Of a stretch of 50,455 nt of DNA, positions 12,201 to 23,470 are shown piece after piece. The notes beneath the pieces were generated by a model. It saw nothing but the letters and a program-made list of their open reading frames with translations. It was not told the origin of the DNA and searched no databases. The translations under genes were made by a program, and so were the position numbers. Location of the stretch: contig NIVC01004326.1 in NCBI GenBank assembly GCA_002269645.1, forward strand, positions 1-50,455. Direction: 5' to 3'. The stretch comes from Macrostomum lignano (Eukaryota). Each line of letters begins with the position of its first letter. Within the stretch, counting starts at the first letter, position 1.

Positions 12201-15200
12201 TCCGCCGCGGCGGGTACGGGCTCTGGGCCCAGAGTCACCATCATCAGGGCGACGAGCTCGGCAGCTGGGCCGGGCAGCGAGCCCCAGTCTGCGCCGGCTG
12301 GCACCGCCAAGTCGGCCAGTTCGACGCGCAAAGGCGAACTAATGGAGGCGGATGCTGATGGACTGGAGTACTCTAGCGAAGAGGAAGAGCAGACCCTAGA
12401 GGAGGCGCTGATGGCGCGTACTGGCTCCGCTCGCAAAGAGAAACTCATCTCTGTTGATCACTCCAAGATTGAGTACGCTCCATTTACTAGGGCTTTCTAT
12501 CGCGAGTGCCCGGAAGTGGCAGAAATGACGCCGGAAGCGGTGGCCGAGCTGCGCCGCGAGCTCGGCGGCATCCAGGCCAAGGGGCGCAATTGTCCGAAGC
12601 CCGTACGTGACTGGGCCCAGGCCGGGCTCAGCTCCAACCTGCTCAATCTGCTCAGGCACTATAAATTTGATAAGCCCACGCCCATTCAGTGCCAGGCTTT
12701 GCCCATTGCGCTCTCGGGCAGGTGGGTACTTTATTGCATATAGGTCTTATATTGAGCAATTTCATAGCATGTATATCCTCTGCTTCCATTCTTGCATATC
12801 CTCTGCTTCCATCCTTGTATATCCTCTGCTTCCATCCCTGCTTATCATTTGCTTCCATCCCTGCAACTCCGCTTGCATCCCTGCATATCATCCGCTTCCA
12901 TCCCTGTGCATTTCCTCCGCTTCCATCCCTGCATATCCTCTGCTTCCATCCCTGCATATTCTTTGCTTCCATCCCTGTATATCCTCTTTAACTTCCATCC
13001 CTGCATATCCTCTGCTTCCATCCCTGCATATCCTCTGCTTCCATCCTTGCATATTCTTTGCTTCCATCCCTGCATATGCTCTTCAACTTCCATCCCTGCA
13101 TATTCTTTGCTTCCATCCCTGCATATTCTTTGCTTCCATCCCTGCATATTCTTTGCTTCCATCCCTGCATATGCTCTTCAACTTCCATCCCTGCATATCC
13201 TCTTCAACTTCCATCCCTGCATATCCTCTGCTTCCATCCCTGCATATCCTCTGCTTCCATCCCTGCAGATTCTTTGCTTCCATCCCTGCATATCCTCTGC
13301 TTCCATCCCTGCATATCCTCTGCTTCCATCCCTGCATATCCTCTTCAACTTCCATCCCTGCATATCCTCTGCTTCCATCCCTGCATATCCTCTGCTTCCA
13401 TCCCTGCATATCATCCGCTTCCATCCCTGCATATCCCCTGCTTCCATCCCTGCAGAGACATGATCGGCATAGCGGCCACGGGTTCAGGCAAGACCCTGGC
13501 CTTCCTGCTGCCGCTGCTGGTGCACATCCGCGCTCAGCCACCTCTTGAGGCGGGCGAAGGCCCCATGGCTGTAGTGATGACGCCAACCCGCGAGCTTGCC
13601 CTGCAGATCTTCAAAGAGGCCAAACGGTTCGCTAAGCATCTCAGACTTCGCGTTGTCTGCGTGTACGGCGGCACGGGCATCTCGGAGCAGATTGCTGAGC
13701 TAAAGCGCGGCTGCGAGATTGTCGTCTGCACGCCTGGCCGAATGATCGACATGCTGGCGGCCAACGCCGGCCGGGTTACTAACCTGCGCCGGACTACTTT
13801 CTGCGTGCTAGACGAAGCCGACCGAATGTTCGACATGGGATTCGAGCCGCAGGTAAGACCGCCTCTCTCTCCGCAGATTAGTTTAAACCGTCTCCCAAGG
13901 TGTTGCTATGCAAGCGGGCAAGGGGGCTGCGCTTAAAAAACAACTGGCTTGCTTAAGGCGGAGCGGAGCACCGCAAACACGATCCCTCTATTTCAGCGGT
14001 GAAAAAAATTAATTCAGCTCCGACGCGGCCCCGGATTGCAACTGAATTCAAATTCATTGTGTGTTTGGCCGCTGTCGCATTGCTGATTATTAGCGCCGGT
14101 GAGTTTCTGGCACCATTGCTGACTGTTAGTATTTTACTCACCTTATCTATCCGTCTATTCGGGCTCCGTACTGTCAACTGAATTCCGTTATCTTTACAGA
14201 AAATCATGCGAGCCGACTCATTTACCGACTGATTGATTTATTGAATAATGAAATCGCCGCAGGTTTTGCAACAGAGCAGAATCGCCGACTGTAGAAGTGG
14301 ATTTTATGATTGCTAAAAATTATCGTATTTTAAATAACAGTTTTTGTTGCAGGATATTAGCAGGCCTACTTACTAGTAGTAGGCCTAGTAGTTAGAGTGC
14401 CGGACTCACGACTGAAAGGTCCGGAATTCGATTTCCGATCCCACTGGAACAGTTTGTGTCCTTGAGCAAGACACTCAACTCTGCATTGCTTCAGTTCACC
14501 CAGCTGTAAAATGGGTGCCAGCATTAGCTGGGGTAATTAAGGGTGTGCATGCGACCCCCCAGTCCTTGGACTGAACAGCCGTACGCAGCCTTCAGATGCG
14601 CCGTGCAATAGCTGCGGCTGAGCAGCCGATTGCACATCTGCTCATTAGAGCAGGTGTAATCAATTATCATTGTTATTGTTATTACTAAGTAGTAAACTGA
14701 GAAATTCGTATCAAAATCCTGTGCAAAATCCGCTTAATTAGATATATTATACGAGGCGTGCCCTAATATTAATGCTACTTTTTATCGCACCTCATCGTTG
14801 GCAAACTACAGGCCCACATAGTTGTTGTCACTGGAAAGCGGCAAGTCTCTTTAAAAATAACTTTAATTTCAATGGCTTTGGATCAGTAGTTTCAGAGATA
14901 TGGTTAGTTGAGTAGAGCAAGGTCGCTCTTGGACTGACTTACACGACGTCGCATATGTGCCAAAAATAGATTGCATGCATTCGCTGTCTATGGTCTAAAG
15001 CAGAGGTCGGCAAACTCCGGCCCGCAAGCCACATGCGGCCCGCAAAGCCTCTCTATCCGGCTCTCGGGTCCTTTGAAACTTCACAATAGCAATCCGGCCT
15101 GCTCAAGGTTTGTGTCTCTCCTCTCCTCTCCTCCTATATCCCTTCTCCTTTCTCCTCTCCTATCACTTCCCACCTCTCCTCTCCTCTCCCTTCTCTCTCC

Positions 15201-18200
15201 TCTCCCTCCTCTGGCCCGCAGTCATGTTTTAGGTTCCAAATCTGGCCCTTAAGATAAAAAATGGCCGACCTTGCTCTACTCAACTAACCATAATTCTCAA
15301 ACTACTTATCGAAATCCATTAAAATTAAATTTATATTTAAGACTTGCCGCTTTCTTGGCACCAAATGTATTGGTCTGCAGTTTACTAACGATGAGCTGCG
15401 AAAAAAATAGCACTAATGGGCACGCCTCGTATTAACGGGGTTGTGCCACTGAAAGGTATATTCTTACGGGCTAAGCAGCTCAGTGGTAAACAAGTCAGAC
15501 CTTCGCGCCACAAGCCCTGATGAAAGTGAAAGGGTTGTCGTGAAAGCTTTGAGGGCCAACCCCCCAAAGCACGGAGAGTGCACATGCCTGACGATTACAA
15601 TGTCAGGGTCGCTGTGCACCCTATGTGAGCGTCTGGATGAGTTTTGTGCCTGCAAACAGTTTTGGCGCGCTTCACGATCAGGGTCAGTGGATGGGCAACG
15701 GGTGCCCGCAATCCTCCTGCAAATATTATTTATTTACACGCTCAACTGCCGCCCTCTCGTCTAATAGCAGTCTCCTCTCCTCTCCCCGCAATCGCAGGTG
15801 ATGAAAATCGTTGAATCAATTCGGCCCGACCGTCAGACGCTGATGTTCAGCGCGACATTCCCCCGCCAAATGGAGATTCTGGCGCGCAAAGTGCTGGACT
15901 CGCCTATCGAAGTGGTGGTGGGCGGCCGGGCGGTTGTCTGCAGCGAGGTTCAACAGGAGATCATCCTGCTGACTGAGGACGACAAGTTCTTTAAGCTGTT
16001 GGAACTGTTGGGCGTCTATCAGGAGCGCGGCGGCTGTCTGATCTTTGTTGACCGACAGGAGAAGGCTGACGAGCTGATGAAGCTGCTGATGAAGCATGCC
16101 TATCCGTGCCTGTCTCTGCACGGCGGCATCGACCAGTACGACCGGGACAGCGTCATCACCGCCTTCAAGCGAGGCGACGCCCGCCTGCTGATCGCCACCA
16201 GCGTGGCCGCCCGCGGCCTTGACGTCACCGGCCTCATTCTGGTTGTCAACTACGACTGCCCCAATCACTACGAGGATTATGTGCACCGCTGCGGCAGGTG
16301 CGACTGGGAGTTGCTTACTGTATCTAATCTTGTTAGATGTCCTCTTAGACTGATTGATGCCTTTGACCCTCATCTCCCTCACGATACCTAAGGGCTGTCA
16401 CCTTTGACCCTCATCTTCTCCCTCACGATGCCTAAGGGCTGTCACCTTTGACCCTCATCTTCTCCCTCACGATACCTAAAGGCTGTCACCTTTGACCCTC
16501 ATCTTCTCCCTCACGATACCTAAGGGCTGTCACCTTTGACCCTCATCTTCTCAATCACAATACCTAAGGGCTGTCACCTTTGACCCTCATCTTCTCCCTC
16601 ACAATACCTAAAGGCTGTCACCTTTGACCCTCATCTTCTCCCTCACAATACCTAATGGCTGTCACCTTTGACCCTCATCTTCTCCCTCACAATACCTAAA
16701 GGCTGTCACCTTTGACCCTCATCTTCTCCCTCACAATACCTAAAGGCTGTCACCTTTGACCCTCATCTTCTCAATCACAATACCTAAGGGCTGTCACCTT
16801 TGACCCTCATCTTCTCCCTCACAATACTTAAAGGCTGTCACCTTTGACCCTCATCTTCTCCCTCACAATACCTAAAGGCTGTCACCTTTGACCCTCATCT
16901 TCTCAATCACAATACCTAAGGGCTGTCACCTTTGGGTTGACGACTAAACATGGATTTTGGGGAAAGTTTGAGAGTGGGTCAGAGACCAAGCTCTACTGCT
17001 ACTTTGCTCCCTGAGTCTCTTGATTTCAATGCTAATTATTGAAATATTACACGTAAGCTTCAACTCTACCGCGCAGGACCGGCCGGGCCGGCAACAAGGG
17101 CCACGCCGTGACTTTCATCACTCGCGATCAGGAGAAACACGCCGGCGATCTGATCTGGGCGCTTAAATTGGCCCAGGCAAATGTGCCAGCTAATCTGCAG
17201 GCTTTATGGGACGCCTACGTGCAGCGAATGGAGGCTGAGGGCAAACCTGTGAGTAGTATTATGATGTAACCGCCCTTGTCGCCTGTCCGCTCCGTAGAGA
17301 GACGAACGCATGACTAGAGGGGGCAATGACCGTAGGCTGCCTATGACCGGGCAATGACCTGACGGACCTCCAGCACCAGACTGTCCCGCCCACATGATTA
17401 GTAGCTTTGGTAGCGCTTCGTGACCAGAGGGCCAAGGACCCACATGGACCCCACCTGTAGCCAAGGTGCAATAGTTGGTCACTCGGTCATAGTATGACCG
17501 AGTGGCTGCCACCACTCTATGTGACCTGGCGCACCTGGATCTTTCTACCAGACCTCTCGAGGCTAGAGCCCCGCCTGGATTGGTTACCAGGGGATTTAGG
17601 CTAACAGGGGAGACGCATGCAGCCGAGTACAGGGACTCTGCTTGGGGCATGATCGGGAACTCTGGGCTCAATCCTGGAGGATTTCTCAGCAGGGGATCCT
17701 TTGTGGCTGTGAGCGAGGCTGACTTGCGACTTTGATTACTAAGAGTAGTATGAGGCGAACATGTACTGTCTACAGTTTAGATTGCTCAGGGCGAAGGGAC
17801 GCGTTAGCATGGGGTTGCAACCTTCCTACTGCCATTCTGTGCCAAGACTCGCTAATCCCTCTACTGCACGCACACGCGGCCCCGCAGCACGCACTCACAG
17901 GCGGGCTTTGCACGGGGAGAGGCCATTAGCTTACCCAAACTTCCTTATGCTTTGCCACCCCGGGAGAAAGGCTTAGCAAGCCATGAGTGAAATGATGGTG
18001 AAAGATTGAATAATGATGAAGTTAGTTAATAGTTAATAATTAGGCCCTTAGGCAAATAAGCAGGCAATTAGGCAGCTTCACTATTGAGTAAAATACAGCA
18101 AAAGATACGGTATCACAATTGGCTCAGCTCTCTAATCAGACAATGGAAAATAGGCAAACCCCGGATAAGCAAAGGCAATTAGAGCACAAATTAGTAGCAG

Positions 18201-21030
18201 GAACTTACCGGCAGCTGCACAGAGAGAGAGAGAGGCGGAGTGACCGAGGGCGGCTGTAGGCTGCAGTCAGGCAGACGGTGAAGCGGCGATGCGCTGGAGC
18301 GACGAGGCGCCGATGTAGATCAGGCGATGCTGATGATGCTGGGCGGTATCAGACCGCTGGCCGATAGGCGAGCTCACTTGGGGAGCTAAGGATAACTTGG
18401 CGGTAACAGACCGCGGACCGGCAGGGATTCGTCTTATAGACGAATGGGTCAGAACTCAATCTGACAGCAAGTCCAAAGAAGGACGAGGAGAGGAACAGAG
18501 ATAACCTCAGTTGAGTATTCTCATGCCGAAATCGCTTCCTTTTATAGACCTCACAGCCGCCTCCTCAAGGTCGTTACCATGGCTCCCTCTCTCTGATTGG
18601 CTGCCGGCAGAATGACGTCAGAATGAGTCATGATGAGAAGCATGAGACCGGCATAGCAACATGAGAAATCGGGAAATTGCGCAATCCGGAGGTGGGGTGG
18701 GGGGATAATTGGCGCAGCGGGTGGTCGCGAAAGTGTTGCGCAAGCAAACATTGAGAACAATAGGGCTGGGGTCGAGAACAAAGGAATTGGAAATCGGGGA
18801 TAATTGGGGAAAACTGAGAACAATGGAAGAGTAAACATTGGAGAAAAGGTGATAATTAGGTGCGAAAACGAGAACAAAAGAAAGAGAAAATCGGAGAAAA
18901 TGTGATAATTGGTGGGGGTCGAGAGAACAAAAGAAGCAAAAACGAGAACAATAGAAGCGGAGGTGGGGTGGGTGTCACATGAGAAATTTGGGAAGGAGAA
19001 CAATAGCGTGAGAAAAGGTTGCGCAAGAGAGGGGGATGAGTCATCGATGAGTCACCGAGGGGGAGAAGGGGTCACACGACTTGCGTCACCGTTTGGGAGT
19101 TTGAGAGGGGATGGGGAGACGGTGAGCACACAAAGTACTGTAAGTAGACACAGGGAAAGAGGGGACAGCGCAGGAAAAGAGTGCAGAGGGAGACAAAAAA
19201 GGAGGAGGTAGAGAAAGTACAGGAAGAATAGGGCGGGAACAGAAGAGATAGGGTAGAGGGGGAGGTACAGAAAGGGGTAGGGGCTCCGGAAAGGCAGGTG
19301 TGGCGGCAGGAGAGACGGGACCAAGGCAGCAGGAGGGGTGCAGCAGAGCGGGAGTCTCCAGGCCCGGTCGGAGACCTGGCCGAGTCTCGACAGCTCTGTG
19401 CAGAGGGTGCACGGGATAGGAGGCACTTTCAAAAAAGTTCCCATGCCCTATCCCGCGACCAGAGCGTGGTTACATCAATTAGTAATAGTAGTAGTTAAAG
19501 TCTATAGTAGATTTTTATTTTATAGAAAACAAAAATTGCGAGCCAACATCAAAACGCGCAGTTCAATGTGTGCAGACACAGTAGAGAAGTCAGGACCGCT
19601 GTACACCCTGCGTGGGTGCCTGCGTACTTATCCGTCTGCTCACCTCCCCGCTGATAAATCCCTTATTAATACGAATTTCATCACAGTGCGGCTTTAAAGT
19701 AAGTGACTTACCGAATCACGTCGAATTTACCTCTCGCCCCGCCAGGTGCGCAGCGCCAGCGGCTTCACTCGCCGCTGCAAAGGCTACGCATTTGACGACG
19801 AGGAGTCGCGCCTAGCCAAAGATCGCAAGAAGCTGCAGAAAGCCTCCATGGGTCTGCAGGACTCCGACGACGAGGCCGACAATATCGACGATCACATTGA
19901 GGAGCTCTTCGCCCCGCGACAGCGCGTCAAGAATGTGGCGCCTGGCGCTCCCACTGCCTCATCGACTGCCGCTTCGACCTCAGCGACGCTCACCTCCGCT
20001 GCCGCCAGCGCTGTCGCTTCATCCTCAGCCTCCAACACGGTTGCGGTATCTTCCTCGCAATCTTCTGCTGCACCGTCCACCCCGGCCGCCGCCGCCGCTG
20101 CCGCTGCAGCCGCTGCAATCGCCGCCAACTGGGCCGCTGGTAACGTTGGAGGCGGGGCCGCCCCGGTGGGCTCGGCTGCCTCCGCTGTGCCCGACGTAGC
20201 TGCAGCCGCAGCCGCCGCTGAGCAGCAGCCGCAGAACAAGGAGCTCCAGCGGAAACTGCAGCTGGCCAAGCAGCGGGCCACGCTGGTTAATCTGGGCCGC
20301 CAGGAGGACCAGCAGCAGGCAGCCGCCACAGCCATGCGCGGCTCAGTCAGTCTGAATCCGTCATCGATCTCCGTTAGCAGCAAAACTCTGGCTAACCAGA
20401 TGGCCGAGCGATTGAATGTCCGACTGGGCTACCGGCCAGCCGAGGAGACTCCAGTGGAAGCTGAGGAGACCACTGTGAAACGGTAAGGCCCGGCTGTAGA
20501 ACTCCGGGTAGAACTGGATTTTTTAGATGCTTATCGATTTTTAAGATCTTATAATGTTTCAACTAGCTACTCAGAGTAGAAATAAAAGTTTTTAAACTAT
20601 TTCTTAAATAAAATTACGTTTTTGTGCTTTTCAATGGTATAACAAACGTTATTTATTATGTATATAAAAAAATTTAACCTAGAAATCCACCTTGACCCGC
20701 AGCTACGAGGTGGAGCTGGAGATCAACGACTTTCCCCAGAACGTGCGCTGGCGCCTCACCAGCCGGGAGTTCCTTGGCAACCTGTCCGAACTGTGCGACG
20801 TCGGCATCTCCGTACGCGGCGCTTTTATGCCGCAGCGGCCGCCGCCGCCGCCAACTCCCGAAGCAGCCGAGGCGGCAGAGCGGCCGCTCTACCTGCTAGT
20901 GGAGTCGCTGTCGGATATGAACATCCAGAATGCTAAGAAGGAGATCACCCGGGTGGTCAAAGAGGAGCTGCTCCGTCTGCAATCTTCTACGCAGTTGAAC
21001 CGGCTGCCCGGTCGCTACAAAGTGCTCTAA
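6247..21030 (+). CDS. DDX46: DEAD-box RNA helicase DDX46/Prp5, spliced: join(6247..6263 or 5800..5816, 11447..12721, 13456..13852, 15798..16297, 17077..17248, 19746..20482, 20703..21030), 3426 nt, 1141 aa
   Basis: All introns are GT-AG with matching phases. Motifs in order: RS/RD-rich N-terminus, DPLDAYM (Prp5 motif), Q motif ([10 protein letters not shown]), [47 protein letters not shown], and C-terminal ELEINDFPQ. Confidence 0.95.
7098..8231 (+). mobile_element. Degenerate hAT/Charlie-like non-autonomous element with a ~1 kb internal CT-rich expansion
   Basis: The left end TTGGCAAACTCTGGCC and the right part GAGCTGGATTCTTTATCTGGCC...CTGCCCATTCCTG match the copies at 11074-11332 and 15001-15273. 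The flanks CTCTAAAA and CTTAGAAA only loosely resemble the NTCTAGAN target. Confidence 0.5.
7115..8170 (+). repeat. Polypyrimidine low-complexity tract, with a ~12-bp CTCCTCTACTCN subrepeat at about 7830-8050
   Basis: Almost pure C/T on the + strand for about 1 kb. Confidence 0.95.
9320..9616. mobile_element. 297-bp MITE with perfect 14-bp TIRs and an 8-bp TSD (hAT or P superfamily)
   Basis: TIR CATACATGCGCAAC at 9320-9333 and GTTGCGCATGTATG at 9603-9616; TSD AGCGGTTT at 9312-9319 and 9617-9624. Confidence 0.9.
9902..10624. mobile_element. Older foldback/MITE-like element with ~55-60 bp imperfect terminal inverted repeats
   Basis: Perfect 19-bp core TGTAGTATATGCCCAAAAA (9918-9936) versus its reverse complement at 10590-10608, extending imperfectly to 9902-9956 and 10566-10624. 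No TSD found. Confidence 0.6.
11074..11332 (-). mobile_element. hAT/Charlie-like MITE fragment with internal CT-rich segment
   Basis: The minus strand begins CAGGGGCTGGCAAACTCTGGCCCGCGAGCCACATGC, a typical Charlie-type terminus. Internal TTCACAACAGCAATCC is shared with the 15001 copy. Confidence 0.7.
11447..12721 (+). CDS. DDX46: DDX46 exon 2 (RS domain, DPLD motif, Q motif)
   Basis: Acceptor ACGCAG|G and donor GGCAG|GTGGGT; phases 2/2; 1275 nt open. Confidence 0.93.
12768..13455 (+). repeat. 23/26-bp minisatellite (CTTCCATCCCTGCATATCCTCTG) filling DDX46 intron 2 and forming its 3' splice site
   Basis: About 29 units; the last unit ends CTTCCATCCCTGCAG, which is the acceptor. Confidence 0.97.
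13456..13852 (+). CDS. DDX46: DDX46 exon 3 (motifs I-II)
   Basis: Acceptor CCCTGCAG|A and donor CAG|GTAAGA; encodes [10 protein letters not shown] through [15 protein letters not shown]. Confidence 0.97.
14378..14686 (+). mobile_element. tRNA-derived CORE-type SINE, copy 1 (near full length)
   Basis: Degenerate A/B boxes. GTGTCCTTGAGCAAGACACTCAAC...TTCAGTTCACCCAGCTGTAAAATGGG resembles the recalled MIR CORE domain. ATT-type tail; second copy at 27050. Confidence 0.8.
15001..15273 (+). mobile_element. hAT/Charlie-like MITE with short internal CT tract
   Basis: Starts CAGAGGTCGGCAAACTCCGGCCCGCAAGCCACATGCGGCCC and ends GGCCGACCTTG (imperfect TIR). The flanks GTCTAAAG and CTCTACTC share TCTA only. 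Confidence 0.75.
15798..16297 (+). CDS. DDX46: DDX46 exon 4 (motifs III-VI start)
   Basis: Acceptor ATCGCAG|GTG and donor GGCAG|GTGCGA; encodes MFSATFP, ARGLD and HRCG. Confidence 0.97.
16362..16933 (+). repeat. 44-bp minisatellite in DDX46 intron 4
   Basis: Unit TAAGGGCTGTCACCTTTGACCCTCATCTTCTCCCTCACAATACC with period 44 (16389, 16433); about 13 copies. Confidence 0.97.
17077..17248 (+). CDS. DDX46: DDX46 exon 5 (not in the ORF track)
   Basis: Acceptor GCGCAG|G and donor CCT|GTGAGT; encodes [16 protein letters not shown] through MEAEGKP, completing motif VI. Confidence 0.95.
17262..19477 (-). mobile_element. 2216-bp solo-LTR-like element (TG...CA, 4-bp TSD) in DDX46 intron 5
   Basis: Termini TGATGTAACC (17262-17271) and GGTTACATCA (19468-19477) form a perfect 10-bp inverted repeat. 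ATTA flanks both sides (17258-17261, 19478-19481). No recognisable coding domain; composition differs from the host intron. Confidence 0.75.
18539..18630 (-). promoter_or_regulatory. Putative Pol II promoter in the LTR-like element, antisense to DDX46
   Basis: In minus-strand order: AP-1 TGAGTCA (18624-18630), CRE TGACGTCA (18613-18620), CCAAT box (about 18594-18602), TATAAAAG (18546-18539). Confidence 0.55.
19746..20482 (+). CDS. DDX46: DDX46 exon 6 with an Ala/Ser-rich insertion
   Basis: Acceptor CGCCAG|GTG and donor CG|GTAAGG; encodes [13 protein letters not shown] and [16 protein letters not shown]. Confidence 0.93.
20703..21030 (+). CDS. DDX46: DDX46 last exon (C-terminal KH-like region)
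   Basis: Acceptor CCCGCAG|C; encodes [17 protein letters not shown] through GRYKVL; TAA at 21028-21030. Confidence 0.95.
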
Positions 21031-21360
21031 GCTGCTTTGCTTCTCTGCCTTGAGAGCGACTGCTTTGTTTGACCCATACACGAATTCAGTAGAAGGGAAA
21101 CTTTCTTAGAAAATTCTTGACGGCTGGCTTTACGTCTTTTTTTCGAAAAAAAATTGCGCGGTGCTCTGATGTGCCAGCGGCCCAGGCTCGATTCCAAATG
21201 CGTCTAAGAAACCCAGCCTTAAAATGTTTTTTTTAAGAAACAAAACTTCTACGTTTCTACTTAAGTCGTCAACGGTTTGACCTTGAATGTCCTTGCGCAG
21301 CGTTTTCTGATGGTTATGGCTTTAAATTTTCCAATATAAATGTGCGCATGGGAAATTTTT

Positions 21361-21366
21361 AATAAA
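21361..21366 (+). terminator. Candidate DDX46 polyadenylation signal AATAAA
   Basis: Canonical hexamer 330 nt after the stop codon; not unique in an AT-rich region. Confidence 0.35.
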
Positions 21367-23470
21367 GCTATCCACTATTAAGTACTTCGGAATTTTTTCG
21401 TTTTTTTCTGGTGCATGATGTGGTATAGAATCGATAATATTTGCATGAGTTAGTTACTCGTAACTAACGAGTATCAGTTTCGCTGGTCAGTTCAAGTCTA
21501 AATTATAGTTGTCATACAGTATGCCTGTTTCAAAGTAACTGCTACTTGTTTCGTATTGCTACGTATTTGCAATAACAAAAACGGTAATAAAAATTCTGCA
21601 ATACACACCTAGTGTTGCACCCATCTGCATTGTGCGTTTTCTGTATCTAAAGATATTTGAAGTTTCTAAATACTGGATTACCTAGAAAACTTCTTTTCGC
21701 ATATTACAGCGACAAAATTTCGGACATGTATGTACGTAATGTTCGTAATATTTTTTGTGGAAAATAATTATTTCGAGACTCGTTATAATTAATAACTCTT
21801 TATTCATTCATTCTACTTGAAAAGGGGAGCGAGCGAACGCATTAGAATATGCTTTCTACTTGAAAACTAAAATGTGTATATATAAAGCAACTCCGTTGAG
21901 ATGCAACTTTTTGGATAGCTGTGTCAATAAATGAACTGTATTGGGCACTTGACCTATAATTATCTTGATGGGTGATAATACTAGGCTTCATCAGTCGAAA
22001 ATCAGTCCAACAAAATAAGATTGCTTGCTATCTTTCGTTCCCGTCGGATCGATGTACGAGTACCCTCGTACCCTCGTACATAGAAAAACATAATGTGTGT
22101 AGCCGTTAGATGGCCGAAATGGTCATGCACCTAATTAATTTACGCTAAATTAATCCAATAAAGTATCACTCCTTCACGCATGCAAACCAAACGTAGCATG
22201 TCCCGACAAAAAAATCCGCGTTAGTTTTAAATGAAAGAATTAAAACAAAAATTATTCGTTATTGAACAGCTTTCGAGGACATTAATCATACTTTACTGAA
22301 AATGCAATGCAGTAGCTTTTTTTCAATAAACATACAAAAAAAAAAATTTTTTGCAATTGCTCAAAGGCGCGTCAGTTCCTTTGACATCATTTTGGTTTAT
22401 AAATATGCATCTTTTTGCATTTGCATATTTTTTATCGACCAACAGGACAGGAAAGACAAAATCAAAATGCTTTATAAAACGGCGATAATAACTATTTAAA
22501 ACATTTCAATGCTCTTGTAGAATATAAATTCTTTAGAAAAACCTTGTTTTTTGTCTTTGACCATAAGTTTTCTTTCAAAGCAGATTTCTGTTTTTTGCTT
22601 TTTGCGGCTAAACACTGGTCACTGAATGACTGAAACTGGGTTGGGGATAGGTTCCATTTATTTAGGACTCTGTCAAATAAACCGAAAGTAGGGGATTTTG
22701 ATTAAATTTGTTTTTCGTTGTTTAAAAATATTATAAAGTACTAAAAGTATACTAAAATATTATAAAGTATATATGACAATGACAAGTAACTTATCACAGT
22801 TTTCATGTGGCATGCTTTTTTTAGTGGTCATACAAGCAAGCCATGACCATGTTACCATACATTTTTAGCTAGTGATATGAGCTTTTGATTTTATTATTAT
22901 TTAATTGCATGTATTAAATCACAATTTTCTAGACCCATTCTTATCCTTAAATAATAAAATTTACTGACAGTTTTCAGCCATAAAGAAAGTAGAAACTATA
23001 TTAATTTTTAGTGTACAATTTCATACTGTTTTAGCTCAAAAATGTTAAATTCTATTATCTGGCAGTGCTTTTATAAAAATTAAATAGGATATGGAGTAAT
23101 TTTGGACTTGAATTACAAACTAAAATTCTAAAAATTCTAATCAAGTCAATATTTCAAGTATGTAAAATTTTAAGGTATATGAATATTTGAGTTTTATTGC
23201 TTTAGTTTTCCTCTGCACCATGTTTTTCCCCATGTATTCTAATATACTAACCATACTTCCATTTATAGTGATGAACAGGCAGTAGTATAATTTTTAATAT
23301 ATATTTTTAAATTAGAAATTGGAATTTGTCATGTCTTAAATATACATTTCAATATTTTAAATATTCAATTAAGTATACAATTCGAAATCTTGAGTCTGAA
23401 TGAATAATAGAAATGGGTACATTGTGGCCACCCCAACCTGACATTAGATTTAAACTCAACTTTCTTTCAG

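Noticed and set aside
12607-13936. ORFs reading through the 23-bp minisatellite into DDX46 exon 3
   Set aside because: The phase-matched GT-AG intron 12722-13455 restores the conserved SGRDxIG junction.
11408-20383. Antisense and alternative-frame ORFs overlapping DDX46 exons
   Set aside because: Expected shadows of GC-rich coding sequence, with no recognisable motifs.
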